A DNA stretch of 64,000 nucleotides from an uncultured Candidatus Saccharibacteria bacterium (lineage in GTDB: Bacteria > Patescibacteriota > Dojkabacteria > J137): assembly GCA_964607415.1 (NCBI GenBank), contig CAZSKK010000002.1:224585-288584 (forward strand), read 5' to 3'. Below are positions 8,640 to 18,085 of this stretch, piece after piece. How positions within the stretch are numbered: the stretch's first letter is position 1; each line of letters starts with the position of its first letter. The translations under genes and the position numbers were made by a program. The notes beneath the pieces are model-generated. The model did no database searches. It was not told the origin of the DNA and saw only the letters and a program-made list of their open reading frames with translations.

Positions 8640-9983
8640 TTAACCTTTCAGATTATTCTTCAACGCCTTTTCCATAGCATCCTGATCCGTAAACGGATAT
8701 TCAATTTTCCCAAAGCATAAACTTAACTCGTGTCCTTTTCCTTCAGTAATAACTATATCCCCTTCCTTTGCAAGTTTAACTGCAAAATCAATTGCATCAA
8801 ACCTGCAGTTTACACTTTCCTCGTCAAATGTAAAAACTAATTTTCCTTTTTCATTCAAGTAATTTTTGTAGTCATTATTATACTGTTCAGAATTTGCAAA
8901 TCTAGCAATTAGTTTTGCACCACCAGCTTCCGCTCCCCTTATAATCTCACTATTGATTTCTGCTAAACTTTCAGTTCTAGGATCTTCTGCTGTAACAATA
9001 ACAATATCACTTAATTCACCAGCTGCCTTACCCATTGTAAATCTTTTTTCCTTATCTCTTAAACCTGCAGATCCAAAAACAACAATCAGCTTGGATTTTT
9101 TATCCATAAGGTTTCTTGCTGTTTCCAAAGAGCTTTCAAGTGAATCTGTGTTATGTGCAAAATCCACAATAGCCATAAACGGTTCTTTTTGTATAACCTC
9201 CATTCTTCCTTTAACACCACTAAAGCTTCTTAGCGCATCGGAAGTTTCTCTCAAGCTTATCTTTAAACAAGTCGCAACATTGATCGATGCTAATAAATTT
9301 TCAAGATTGTATTCACCGATTACAGGAACTTCAAAAAGTTGGCCTGAGTAAACAAACCTCAACTGATTTTTCTCTATGGTTATGCTTTGCAATTCATTTT
9401 TAGAATAAATTATAAAATTTTTATCTTTACCCTTAGCTTTTGCAAAATTATTCAAAAACTGATGTGATTCTTCATCATCTCTATTAACAATAATCGTACC
9501 TGTTGGTTTAAGGCTACCTATTAGCCTAGCTTTCGAAGCAGCATAACTTTCCCAGGTTTTATGCCAATCCAAGTGATCTCTCTTAATATTTGTATAGACT
9601 GCATAATCAAACTTTATTTTCCCCAACCTTCCTTGAGCCAAAGCATGAGAAGAAGATTCAAGAACTAAATATTCAACTCCCTGCTCTACCATTATCTTCA
9701 TTATTTTTTGTAGCTGAATTGGGTCAGGTGTAGTTACATGAAATCCAGTATCAATAATCTGACTTTTTGTCCTTGCTCCAATTGTAGATATTAAACCGAC
9801 ATCCAAGCCCGATTCTTTTAATATGTGATAAATCATACTTGAAGTTGTGGACTTACCTGAAGTACCAGTCACACCTATAATTTTTAGCTTTCTAGCCGGA
9901 TTACCGTAGTATATGGATCCAAGCATTGAGCGCATAATCCTAAACTGTCTTTTTATTTTTTCTGGTAAAAGTTTTTTTATCAT
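8640..9983 (-). CDS. murE: Mur ligase family protein, MurE-like (UDP-MurNAc-tripeptide synthetase)
   Basis: IIGVTGTSGKSTT P-loop, VDFAHNTDSLE (DYAHTPDAL-like) motif. Confidence 0.6.
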   Translation of the reverse strand: MIKKLLPEKIKRQFRIMRSMLGSIYYGNPARKLKIIGVTGTSGKSTTSSMIYHILKESGLDVGLISTIGARTKSQIIDTGFHVTTPDPIQLQKIMKIMVEQGVEYLVLESSSHALAQGRLGKIKFDYAVYTNIKRDHLDWHKTWESYAASKARLIGSLKPTGTIIVNRDDEESHQFLNNFAKAKGKDKNFIIYSKNELQSITIEKNQLRFVYSGQLFEVPVIGEYNLENLLASINVATCLKISLRETSDALRSFSGVKGRMEVIQKEPFMAIVDFAHNTDSLESSLETARNLMDKKSKLIVVFGSAGLRDKEKRFTMGKAAGELSDIVIVTAEDPRTESLAEINSEIIRGAEAGGAKLIARFANSEQYNNDYKNYLNEKGKLVFTFDEESVNCRFDAIDFAVKLAKEGDIVITEGKGHELSLCFGKIEYPFTDQDAMEKALKNNLKG

Positions 9984-10624
9984 TTTAAATTTAATTCTTT
10001 TAATAAATTATTTGAAACCTCCTGGATAGAAAAAGAGGCATCCAATTTTAGCAATTTATTCTGTTTTTTGTACTTTTCTAAAATATTTTCGTTATTCTTT
10101 TTAAATTCCTCTAATCGCTTTAAAATTGCCTCAGGCTTGTCATCCTCACGTTGAATCAATTTTGTACCGCACTTATCGCATACGCCTTCAACCTTAGATG
10201 GTTTAAATATAGTATGATAGTTCTGGTTATCCTTAGGACAAATCCATCTGTTGGATAGTCTTTTGATAGCCTCATCTGGACTTAATTCAAAGTACACAAC
10301 TTTTTCCAAAACTTTTCCAGAAGATGATAAAGTGCTGTCTAAAAGCTCCACCTGTTCAGGAGTTCTTACAACTCCAGTAAAAATTACTTTATCAGTGTTA
10401 ATATTTTTAACTTTATTTCCAAGAATTTCATACACAATTTCATCCGGAACCCATCTTCCTTGATTGACATACTTTTCTGCTTCTATGCCTAATGGTGTTT
10501 TATTCGCCATTTCTGCACGGAGTAAATCCCCTGTAGAAACTATCTGATATCCAAAGTCTCGAGCTAAAACATCTGCCTGCGTATCCTTTCCGCTTCCAGA
10601 AGGCCCTATGAATAATAAGCTCAT
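9980..10624 (-). CDS. adk: Adenylate kinase (zinc-lid type)
   Basis: FIGPSGSGKDTQ P-loop, CPKDNQNYH...CDKCG lid. Confidence 0.95.
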   Translation of the reverse strand: MSLLFIGPSGSGKDTQADVLARDFGYQIVSTGDLLRAEMANKTPLGIEAEKYVNQGRWVPDEIVYEILGNKVKNINTDKVIFTGVVRTPEQVELLDSTLSSSGKVLEKVVYFELSPDEAIKRLSNRWICPKDNQNYHTIFKPSKVEGVCDKCGTKLIQREDDKPEAILKRLEEFKKNNENILEKYKKQNKLLKLDASFSIQEVSNNLLKELNLK

Positions 10625-10628
10625 ACAA

Positions 10629-11354
10629 TTAGTAGATAATAAATAACCCAGTAAGTATTAAAAAAAAGAATGCTAAGCCAAATAAAAGAACCGCTATGTA
10701 ATAAGCACTATTATCAATAAAATCATCAAATTTATTTCTGTATGTTCCTATTGAATGTTTAAAAATCAAGCCCAAAACCAACCCCGACAAAAAACCTCCA
10801 AGGTGTGCCCAATTGTTTATACCAGAACCAGGAAAAAGCCCAACAGAAAAAGCCAAAATAACCGCAGGAAATATATCCCAGAATGTAAACGGTAAATCAA
10901 AACCAAATCTCTGTTTTCTGATTGTACCTCCAATCAGCAAACCAGCAAAAGCGAAAATTGATCCCGATGCTCCAAGGCTAAACACTGAGTTGTCTCCAAT
11001 TGTATAAATCAAGATTGTTATTATAGATGCTCCAACCCCTCCTAAAATGTAAGTTGCAAATAATTTTCTGCCTCCATAAAACACTTCTACTATCTGTCCC
11101 AATCTATAAAGTGAATACATATTCAAAAGAAAATGTAATATATCTATATGAAAAAAATTTGCAGTTATTATTGAATAAAAATTTGAAAGCTCTCCCCTAG
11201 AAACTACTATACCCCCAAAAAGTGAAAAATCCGTTTGAGTAAAATAACGAAGATCAAAAAATACCTGTGCAAATATTGCCAGAACAAAAATTAAAAAGTT
11301 CCAGAATAGTAAAAAATTTAGAGCACTAAGTTGTATCTTAATATCTACCTTCAT
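10629..11354 (-). CDS. Rhomboid-family intramembrane serine protease
   Basis: GASGSIFAF (GxSG) and AHLGGFLSG catalytic His in TM helices. Confidence 0.85.
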   Translation of the reverse strand: MKVDIKIQLSALNFLLFWNFLIFVLAIFAQVFFDLRYFTQTDFSLFGGIVVSRGELSNFYSIITANFFHIDILHFLLNMYSLYRLGQIVEVFYGGRKLFATYILGGVGASIITILIYTIGDNSVFSLGASGSIFAFAGLLIGGTIRKQRFGFDLPFTFWDIFPAVILAFSVGLFPGSGINNWAHLGGFLSGLVLGLIFKHSIGTYRNKFDDFIDNSAYYIAVLLFGLAFFFLILTGLFIIY

Positions 11355-11409
11355 GAAAAATCACTAATGATACTAATGATTATACAATATTGATAAGGGA
11401 AGAAGAACA

Positions 11410-12189
11410 CTATTCTGTTCTTAGCATCTCTGCGACCTCATTAGATCTAGTGTGAAGAAGATTATACAAAGGCATTGCCTCTTGACAGAAATTTTTGCAA
11501 CTAAACCTATCATCAGACAAAACCTCTTGAACATTATGAAGCTTTGGCGAACTTAAACTTTTGTATTTAGGGTTAGGTACAATTTCAATTCTAGCGTTTT
11601 TAGAGATTATGTAGTAAGCCAACCCTCTTTCTTTTTTTAATATAGAATAATCTATTTCTTTATTATTTTTTCCAGAAACTTTACTAAAAACAACGGGATA
11701 TGCTTCTGTATTTATAAAAGTGTAAAGATATCCAGTTGGCACAGCAAACTTCTGCCCCTGTACTAAATCTATAAGTTCCATCTCTTCTACAGTTTTTTCA
11801 AATTCATATGGATCATCATTTTTTAAATTCTTCTGAAGAACTATTGTTAACTTTCCTGTTAAAACTTCGACTAAACAATCAAACTTATTTTCAACGTACT
11901 CACTGTGATAAACGTGGGTCCTAATGTACTCTATTCCCAAAAGCCCGTAAGGAATCGTAATAATATCATAGGTTAACTTATCAAACGCACCGTTCCCGTT
12001 TGTAATGTCTTTGTGATGGCTATAAACAAGTTCAGGATATTTTAAAAACTTATTTAAAAGTATTGGAACCATTTCTGAAAGAGGTACTTTTGTGGTATTT
12101 CCACAATTAAGACAATCATCGAAGTAAATTGCTACTTTCTCAGCATCGAATTTTATAGGAAGACCACTTACTCCTGATAAATCTATCAT
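11410..12189 (-). CDS. Hypothetical protein (possible cupin-like fold)
   Basis: 259 aa; THVYHSEY motif; co-directional with rhomboid-adk-murE. Confidence 0.35.
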   Translation of the reverse strand: MIDLSGVSGLPIKFDAEKVAIYFDDCLNCGNTTKVPLSEMVPILLNKFLKYPELVYSHHKDITNGNGAFDKLTYDIITIPYGLLGIEYIRTHVYHSEYVENKFDCLVEVLTGKLTIVLQKNLKNDDPYEFEKTVEEMELIDLVQGQKFAVPTGYLYTFINTEAYPVVFSKVSGKNNKEIDYSILKKERGLAYYIISKNARIEIVPNPKYKSLSSPKLHNVQEVLSDDRFSCKNFCQEAMPLYNLLHTRSNEVAEMLRTE

Positions 12190-12417
12190 ATTAATTTACT
12201 TAACGATATTTTAAGCTTCAAGAAGCTATAAATTTTTTGGCAGTAATACTTTCGAGTGCAACAAAATTGAAGTTGAGTTCATTATAGTAGATCTGTTTCA
12301 CGGTGTCAAACAAAATGAGTGATAGTGTTTACTGTATTAGATATAGAGTTGTCTTTCTATTCCTTTTTTACATTTCTCGAGTCTTAAAAAATACCTTTAA
12401 AGAGACGCTTTAAAACT

Positions 12418-13515
12418 TTAATCAGTTTTTAACTTCTCCCATATTTTCTTTTCTTCTCGTGAAAGTTTTTCTGGAATTTTTACTATAAGTCTAACGTATT
12501 GATCCCCATTTCCATTACCCCTGAACCTTGGGCCACCTTTGCCTTTAAGTCTTAGTACTTTTTCAGGTTGGGTTCCTGCAGGTATTTTCATTCTTAAGCT
12601 CCCATGAACCGATGGAATCTCTACCTCTCCGCCCAAAACTGCAGTAACAACATCAATTTCCTTATCCATATAGATATCATTTCCCTTTCTTTCCAAAATC
12701 GGGTGTGAAACTACTTCAATCGTTACAAACAAATCGCCATATGCTCCTCCATTTCTACCTGCATTGCCTTTATCTTTAAATCTCAGAGTAACACCATCTG
12801 GTATTCCAGCAGGTATTTTTATAGCAAAGTCTTCTTGCTGTCTTACAGTTCCCTTTCCTTCACAACTATCACACTTTTCTGCAATTTCCTGGCCAGCACC
12901 TTTACAGTTAGTGCAAGTAGTTGCAACTTGCATTGTTCCAAATATCGTTCTTTGCAAAGTTACTGTTTGCCCTGTACCGTTACAAACTGAACATGTTTTT
13001 AATTTACCCTCTTTAGCTCCAGTACCAGAACATTTATCACAAATTACTTCTCTTGAATAACTAATAGTCTTTTCGACTCCAAAAACTGCTTCCAAAAATT
13101 CTACTTTTAAAGTTACTTCTAAATCTGCGCCCACTTTATTTCGAGCTGCTCTTGAAGATGCGCCAAATCCACCAAAACCATTACCAAAAAAACCTCCCAA
13201 AAGATCCTCAAGCCCGCCCAAATTTCCACCAAATCCTTGCCCAAAATCTTCAAAACCACCCATTCCCCCTGAATATCCCCCTCCTCCAAACGCTTGAGTT
13301 CCTGCAAAGCCATATTGATCATATGCCGACCTTTTTTGGTCATCTGCCAAGATCTCATATGCTTCTTGTAGTTCTTTAAATTTATCCTCAGCATCTGCTG
13401 CTTTGTTTCGATCTGGGTGCAGTTCTTTTGCTAGTTTTCTATATGCTTTTTTTATTTCATCTTTCGAAGCACTTTTTGAAATACCAAGTACTTCATAGTA
13501 GTCACGTTTTGACAT
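12418..13515 (-). CDS. dnaJ: Chaperone DnaJ
   Basis: J-domain with HPD (ELHPDRN), G/F-rich linker, four CxxCxGxG zinc-finger repeats. Confidence 0.95.
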   Translation of the reverse strand: MSKRDYYEVLGISKSASKDEIKKAYRKLAKELHPDRNKAADAEDKFKELQEAYEILADDQKRSAYDQYGFAGTQAFGGGGYSGGMGGFEDFGQGFGGNLGGLEDLLGGFFGNGFGGFGASSRAARNKVGADLEVTLKVEFLEAVFGVEKTISYSREVICDKCSGTGAKEGKLKTCSVCNGTGQTVTLQRTIFGTMQVATTCTNCKGAGQEIAEKCDSCEGKGTVRQQEDFAIKIPAGIPDGVTLRFKDKGNAGRNGGAYGDLFVTIEVVSHPILERKGNDIYMDKEIDVVTAVLGGEVEIPSVHGSLRMKIPAGTQPEKVLRLKGKGGPRFRGNGNGDQYVRLIVKIPEKLSREEKKIWEKLKTD

Positions 13516-13843
13516 AAATGTTGTAAATTTGTAAAGTCTTTAAGTTTTTAACGTTATAACATTGTAACTTTACAACGTTAAGATATTCTCTTAGCGAAGA
13601 CACGAGCATTATATCATTAGCAACGTTACTCGTTAAGTGCCAATAAAGTGTTAGCGCGTTTCGCTTTTATAGGTTATTATTAAATCAATTTGTTCACAGT
13701 TAATTAGAAAGCTCATTAATTAACCTTAATCAACCTTTTACAAGCTAACTCTATTAGTTTATGACTAATCTCTGACTTCTGCTTTCCAATTTCTTGTTTG
13801 TTTCAAATTTAGGATTTAGAATTTTGCATGTTAATATATTCTA

Positions 13844-14974
13844 ATGAAGAACTTTAGAAACATATTTTCTTGTTTTTTTGGTTTTGTAATGATTATTGCA
13901 GGATTTATTCTTGTTATATATTTTTTTGTAAAAGAAGAACCAGAGATTCAATCAAAACAAATCGAAGCCTTCGAAATAAAAAGTCTAATTCCATCAACTA
14001 TAACCTTATTCGAAAATCAAATAAGCTTATCTCCTGATTCAAAATATTACACTTTTTTAACAGCAGATGGACTAAGTTTAAAAAATTCTAAAATTTGGCT
14101 TATTAACTCTACAGGAAAAGAGCTCCAACCAATCGCTTTTGGTGAAGAATATAAAAACCTTACTTCACCTTCGTGGGACCCAACCAGTACAAAGATCGCG
14201 TTTTTAAAAGTTTTTCCTTTTGAACTTTATATTCACGATATTAAATCAAAACAAACCAAGTTAATCTATGATGAGAACGATCATAAAGAAGATAATGTTT
14301 TAAATCCGAGCCTTGGCTACGGCAACAAAGCATACCTACTTTGGCTAAATAATAATGAGATTGAATTTGAAAATAATAAACCAATTGAAACTGAATACTA
14401 CTCTATCAATATTGAAACTAAAGAAATAAAAAAAACAAGTAGAAAGAAAGATGTCAAAGTTGAAACCAAAAGAACTGATATTAACAAATTCTTCTTTAGC
14501 CAAAGAGATATAGCATGGAGAGAAGCACAACTTGGAGGATGTGAGAACGAAACTTTTGAATCTGCTGGCTGTACCGTTAGTGCTGCTAGCATGCTACTTG
14601 CGTACTACAATTACGATACTAATCCCGTTGATTTAAATAGCTTTCTTACTAAAAATGAAGAGCAAGGTTACTTTGAAGGGTGTTTAGTGCGTTGGAACAT
14701 TTTACCTAATTACTCCGAAGGGCTAACGCTTAAAGGAGTTTATTTTAACGAATTTAATATTGAACGATTGGATTATGAGATATCAAAAGGAAATCCTGTT
14801 TTAATTGGATATAACTACGTTTCTTTTACTGGAATACCTCATTGGATTATGATTGTTTCTAAACAAAATGGACAGTATATGGCACTAGATCCATGGGATA
14901 CATACCCCCGCCTAGTTGCTTATACAAAATACGGCGACAAGTTTGACCATATGATAGTTTACGAAATGGAATAA
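13844..14974 (+). CDS. Membrane-anchored protein: TolB/PD40-like beta-propeller region fused to C-terminal C39-like papain-fold cysteine peptidase domain
   Basis: N-terminal TM; repeats SPDSKYY../SPSWDPTSTKIAF; C-terminal AGCTVSAASMLLAYY (Cys), IPHWIMIV (His), ALDPWD. Confidence 0.5.
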   Translation: MKNFRNIFSCFFGFVMIIAGFILVIYFFVKEEPEIQSKQIEAFEIKSLIPSTITLFENQISLSPDSKYYTFLTADGLSLKNSKIWLINSTGKELQPIAFGEEYKNLTSPSWDPTSTKIAFLKVFPFELYIHDIKSKQTKLIYDENDHKEDNVLNPSLGYGNKAYLLWLNNNEIEFENNKPIETEYYSINIETKEIKKTSRKKDVKVETKRTDINKFFFSQRDIAWREAQLGGCENETFESAGCTVSAASMLLAYYNYDTNPVDLNSFLTKNEEQGYFEGCLVRWNILPNYSEGLTLKGVYFNEFNIERLDYEISKGNPVLIGYNYVSFTGIPHWIMIVSKQNGQYMALDPWDTYPRLVAYTKYGDKFDHMIVYEME

Positions 14975-14989
14975 GGAAGGTATAATTCT

Positions 14990-16234
14990 GTGTTTAAATT
15001 TGGATTTATGGATAATGTTTACATGCCTAAAGAAGTTGATGAAAATTCAATTACACCTATTCTCATACCTTCTGCGACTCAAATAGTAGACAATGTTTGC
15101 TCGTTCGGCTGGTCTAATAATCCTGATAATTTGATGCAATCAATAATTAACCTCTCTGCCCTGCTAATCTCTTATGATACTGTAGCTCTAAAAGGCTCCG
15201 ATTTTGACAAAGCTGAAGCAACAGTAACAGAAATATTAAGTAGATTAGGATATAGTGTTGTTAAGCACGATCCTATTTTTTCTAAAACTTCTAACTTTGG
15301 TCGCGTATTACATTTGTGCCCCCCTCACGATCCATATGAAAATCGAGAAAAACCCATAGAACTTGCCGTTCATTTTCATTTGGACACAGTAGGTTTTGGT
15401 GGTAAATATGCAAGAAATATTCCCTACATAGATAAAAATAATAATATTCTTGGAAGAGGATCAACTGATGTTAAATGCTTAACTGCAGCTGCACTACATA
15501 GCTTGGTAGAAATTTATCAATACTGCCCCGATAAATTGCCTCACGTTGTTGTAACTCTTGATGAAGAAGCTGGCAATCTTTATTCAGGCGAAACCTTAAG
15601 GTGGCATCTGAAAAATTTAAAAAATATTATCGATATAGAACCATCCTCCAATATTCATGGAGCAGTTTTAAGAGAAATTGCAAGAACGCATACGTTAATG
15701 ATAGAGTTTGATCCTTTGCAAAATGAATCTATTCAAGAAGCTATTCTTAACTTAATACCCGAATTCACCTACAGGCACTTAACTTTGCGTCAAAATCAGT
15801 TAACGCTTGTTTTTGACTACTCTTCTTATACAAGTCTACTAAATTGCAGTTTTGTTCAAAAGTTCAACATATTACGCGAAAAATATGGGTTTGAGGTTAC
15901 TGAATGGGATAATAAGCCGTATGCGGTAAAAGAAAGCAACCTGTTCAAAATAATAAAAGAAGAATTAAGTACAACGATAATTCCTCAACTAAGACCTGCA
16001 ACAAATCATATGTTAACAGTAGCAACAGATGTAAATGGGTCTACCTATATACCCTCCGGGAACTTCAACACTGCCGCTATTATAAACTTTCCTGAAAAAA
16101 CAAATGTTGTTGTTTTAGGATCGGGTGAAATGGCAGAATGTAGGCATGCAATTAGTTCAGAGGCAGCATCTGCTCAAGAGATCTATGATTTCAAAAGTGT
16201 TTTCACAAGATCCCTAACAAAATTCGAGCCTTAA
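14990..16234 (+). CDS. M20-family metallopeptidase (ArgE/DapE/CPG2-like)
   Basis: HFHLDTVGFG and GRGSTDVKC metal-binding motifs. Confidence 0.7.
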   Translation: MFKFGFMDNVYMPKEVDENSITPILIPSATQIVDNVCSFGWSNNPDNLMQSIINLSALLISYDTVALKGSDFDKAEATVTEILSRLGYSVVKHDPIFSKTSNFGRVLHLCPPHDPYENREKPIELAVHFHLDTVGFGGKYARNIPYIDKNNNILGRGSTDVKCLTAAALHSLVEIYQYCPDKLPHVVVTLDEEAGNLYSGETLRWHLKNLKNIIDIEPSSNIHGAVLREIARTHTLMIEFDPLQNESIQEAILNLIPEFTYRHLTLRQNQLTLVFDYSSYTSLLNCSFVQKFNILREKYGFEVTEWDNKPYAVKESNLFKIIKEELSTTIIPQLRPATNHMLTVATDVNGSTYIPSGNFNTAAIINFPEKTNVVVLGSGEMAECRHAISSEAASAQEIYDFKSVFTRSLTKFEP

Positions 16235-16328
16235 ACCTTTCTATAAATACCCCAGTCATTTTTTACTTTTTCTAAGTTATAAAGGATAAGCAAAGGCTCA
16301 ACCACCATATTGAATTCGATGCCAAATT

Positions 16329-16838
16329 TTGGTAACATTATCTAGTTATTTGTTTTGTATGGCTGACAACTTATATGATCCTAACAAACCTACTGTGCTA
16401 ATCGTTGAAGATTCAGGGGCTGAAAGGTCTTCAATGTTTTTGAGAATCAAGACCTTAAAAGACATTGGTAAAATCGATGTGGGAAATGTTTTTGCACCAA
16501 TAAGCTTTAGCGAATTGGAATCAACAATACAAACTGTAAAAGAAAATAATCCTTCACAAATAATACTTTTATTGGATCACGATCTTGGAGGATATGGTTG
16601 CGAGTTTTGCAACGGAAGAACAATAGGAGAAAATTTGGCCAATTATTTTGAAGAAGTCCCTGTTTTCAAAATAGGTATTTCTGATGACCCGAATAATCAG
16701 ATGCATGAAGACCGTTACGTACACTACTACCTGGGCAAAAGTTTCACAACTAAAGGCTTGGAGCCAGCTTTGAAAGAAGCAAACACATTTTTTGAAAATT
16801 TTGGCTCTGAATCAAATGAATTAAATAGTCCTAAATAG
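16329..16838 (+). CDS. Hypothetical protein with receiver-like (CheY-like) N-terminal domain
   Basis: VLIVEDSG ... IILLLDHDLGGYG pattern; weak. Confidence 0.3.
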   Translation: MVTLSSYLFCMADNLYDPNKPTVLIVEDSGAERSSMFLRIKTLKDIGKIDVGNVFAPISFSELESTIQTVKENNPSQIILLLDHDLGGYGCEFCNGRTIGENLANYFEEVPVFKIGISDDPNNQMHEDRYVHYYLGKSFTTKGLEPALKEANTFFENFGSESNELNSPK

Positions 16839-17651
16839 CTATCCTTTCCTAACAACCACAAAGTGGCTTATTCCAAACCAATGAAATGGAGTTCTTTCTA
16901 ACGTAAAGAAGATTTTCTGCAATAGTTTTCCAATAAAACCAAACCTTCGCACTGCTCCATCAAAACCAGGAAAAATGTGTGAGTGGTAAACTAGTTTCCA
17001 GTCTCCAACTCCCTGCTTTGAGTTAATATTTCTTTTCTCGTTGTTGAAAAGTCTTTTTATCTCACCATTTGTATAATTTCTAACATGTGGGGCAAATTTT
17101 TTTTGAATTATTTTTGGTAGCCAAGGCAAAAATGGAATGTTCCCCCAATAGTATCTACCTCTAAAAAACATTCCATGAGTTTCAAATGGCCAACCGCTAT
17201 TAGGCGTAAAAACTATAAACACTCCTCCTGGTTTTAAAACCCTATATACTTCCTCCACTGCTTTTTTATCATCTACCACATGTTCCAAGACCTCGTTTGA
17301 AAAGACAATATCAAAAAAGTTATCAGAAAAATCCAAATTTTCGGCGTAACAGATCTTTACGTTCTTTTCGGGTATTTGTTTTTGGGAATTTTCTTCGTAA
17401 TTCTTAGTTCGTAATTCGAATTTCTTAATTGAATCTGGGTCAACATCAAAGCCGTAAACATTTCTAGGATCAGTAAATTTAGCAAATTCGTACATCCAAA
17501 CTCCTTCGCCACAACCTTGATCTAAGATTATTTTATCTTTTAAAACTACTTGTTCCAAAATTAAGTTCAATCTTCTTTGAAAGCCATTGGAAAAAGCAGT
17601 TCCAGGTTTTCCTAGGTGGGCAAATTTGGGGTCGGAAATAAATTTTTTCAT
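16839..17651 (-). CDS. Class I SAM-dependent methyltransferase
   Basis: ILDQGCGEGVW (motif I) and VLKPGGVFIVFTPN. Confidence 0.8.
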   Translation of the reverse strand: MKKFISDPKFAHLGKPGTAFSNGFQRRLNLILEQVVLKDKIILDQGCGEGVWMYEFAKFTDPRNVYGFDVDPDSIKKFELRTKNYEENSQKQIPEKNVKICYAENLDFSDNFFDIVFSNEVLEHVVDDKKAVEEVYRVLKPGGVFIVFTPNSGWPFETHGMFFRGRYYWGNIPFLPWLPKIIQKKFAPHVRNYTNGEIKRLFNNEKRNINSKQGVGDWKLVYHSHIFPGFDGAVRRFGFIGKLLQKIFFTLERTPFHWFGISHFVVVRKG

Positions 17652-17661
17652 GGTAAAAAAG

Positions 17662-17690
17662 TCGAATATGGAAATATTGAATATAAAATT
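17662..17690. repeat. GAATAT x3 array (left), inverted partner at 18008-18036
   Basis: gaatatgGAAATATTgaatata versus atattcCATATTCaatattc on opposite strand. Confidence 0.5.
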
Positions 17691-18007
17691 ATACTTTTTT
17701 TGCTGTTTTATTAACTAACCCTTGTAATTAAATTGAAACTAAATCAATATTATCAGAAATTGTTGCCATTTGCTCATCGTTAATAAAATTTAGTTCCTTT
17801 GATTTCAAAAGCTGGCTCAAAAATTCTTGAAACGATCCTTTTCGCAATGTAGTAGAATCTAATTTCTCTATACGTTTTCCTGCCATAGCTGATCTTTTAA
17901 TTTGATCTATCAGGGAAAATATTTCTGTTTTAAGGATACGATTTTAGAAGTTTGTAGACTTGAAGAGTAAGCTCATAAATTAGCAAAGGAGTATTTTTAA
18001 TAGATTT

Positions 18008-18036
18008 GTGATTATATTCCATATTCAATATTCTTA
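18008..18036. repeat. ATATTC x3 array (right), inverted partner of 17662-17690
   Basis: Reverse complement carries GAATATTGAATATGGAATAT. Confidence 0.5.
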
Positions 18037-18085
18037 TATTAATAAGTTAATGCTAGAATAATAGTGCAAATACGGCTAGAATGCA

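Noticed and set aside
13600-13660. Possible CIRCE (HrcA operator) upstream of dnaJ
   Set aside because: Only TTAGCAACG / TTAGCGCG fragments are present. No TTAGCACTC-N9-GAGTGCTAA inverted repeat.
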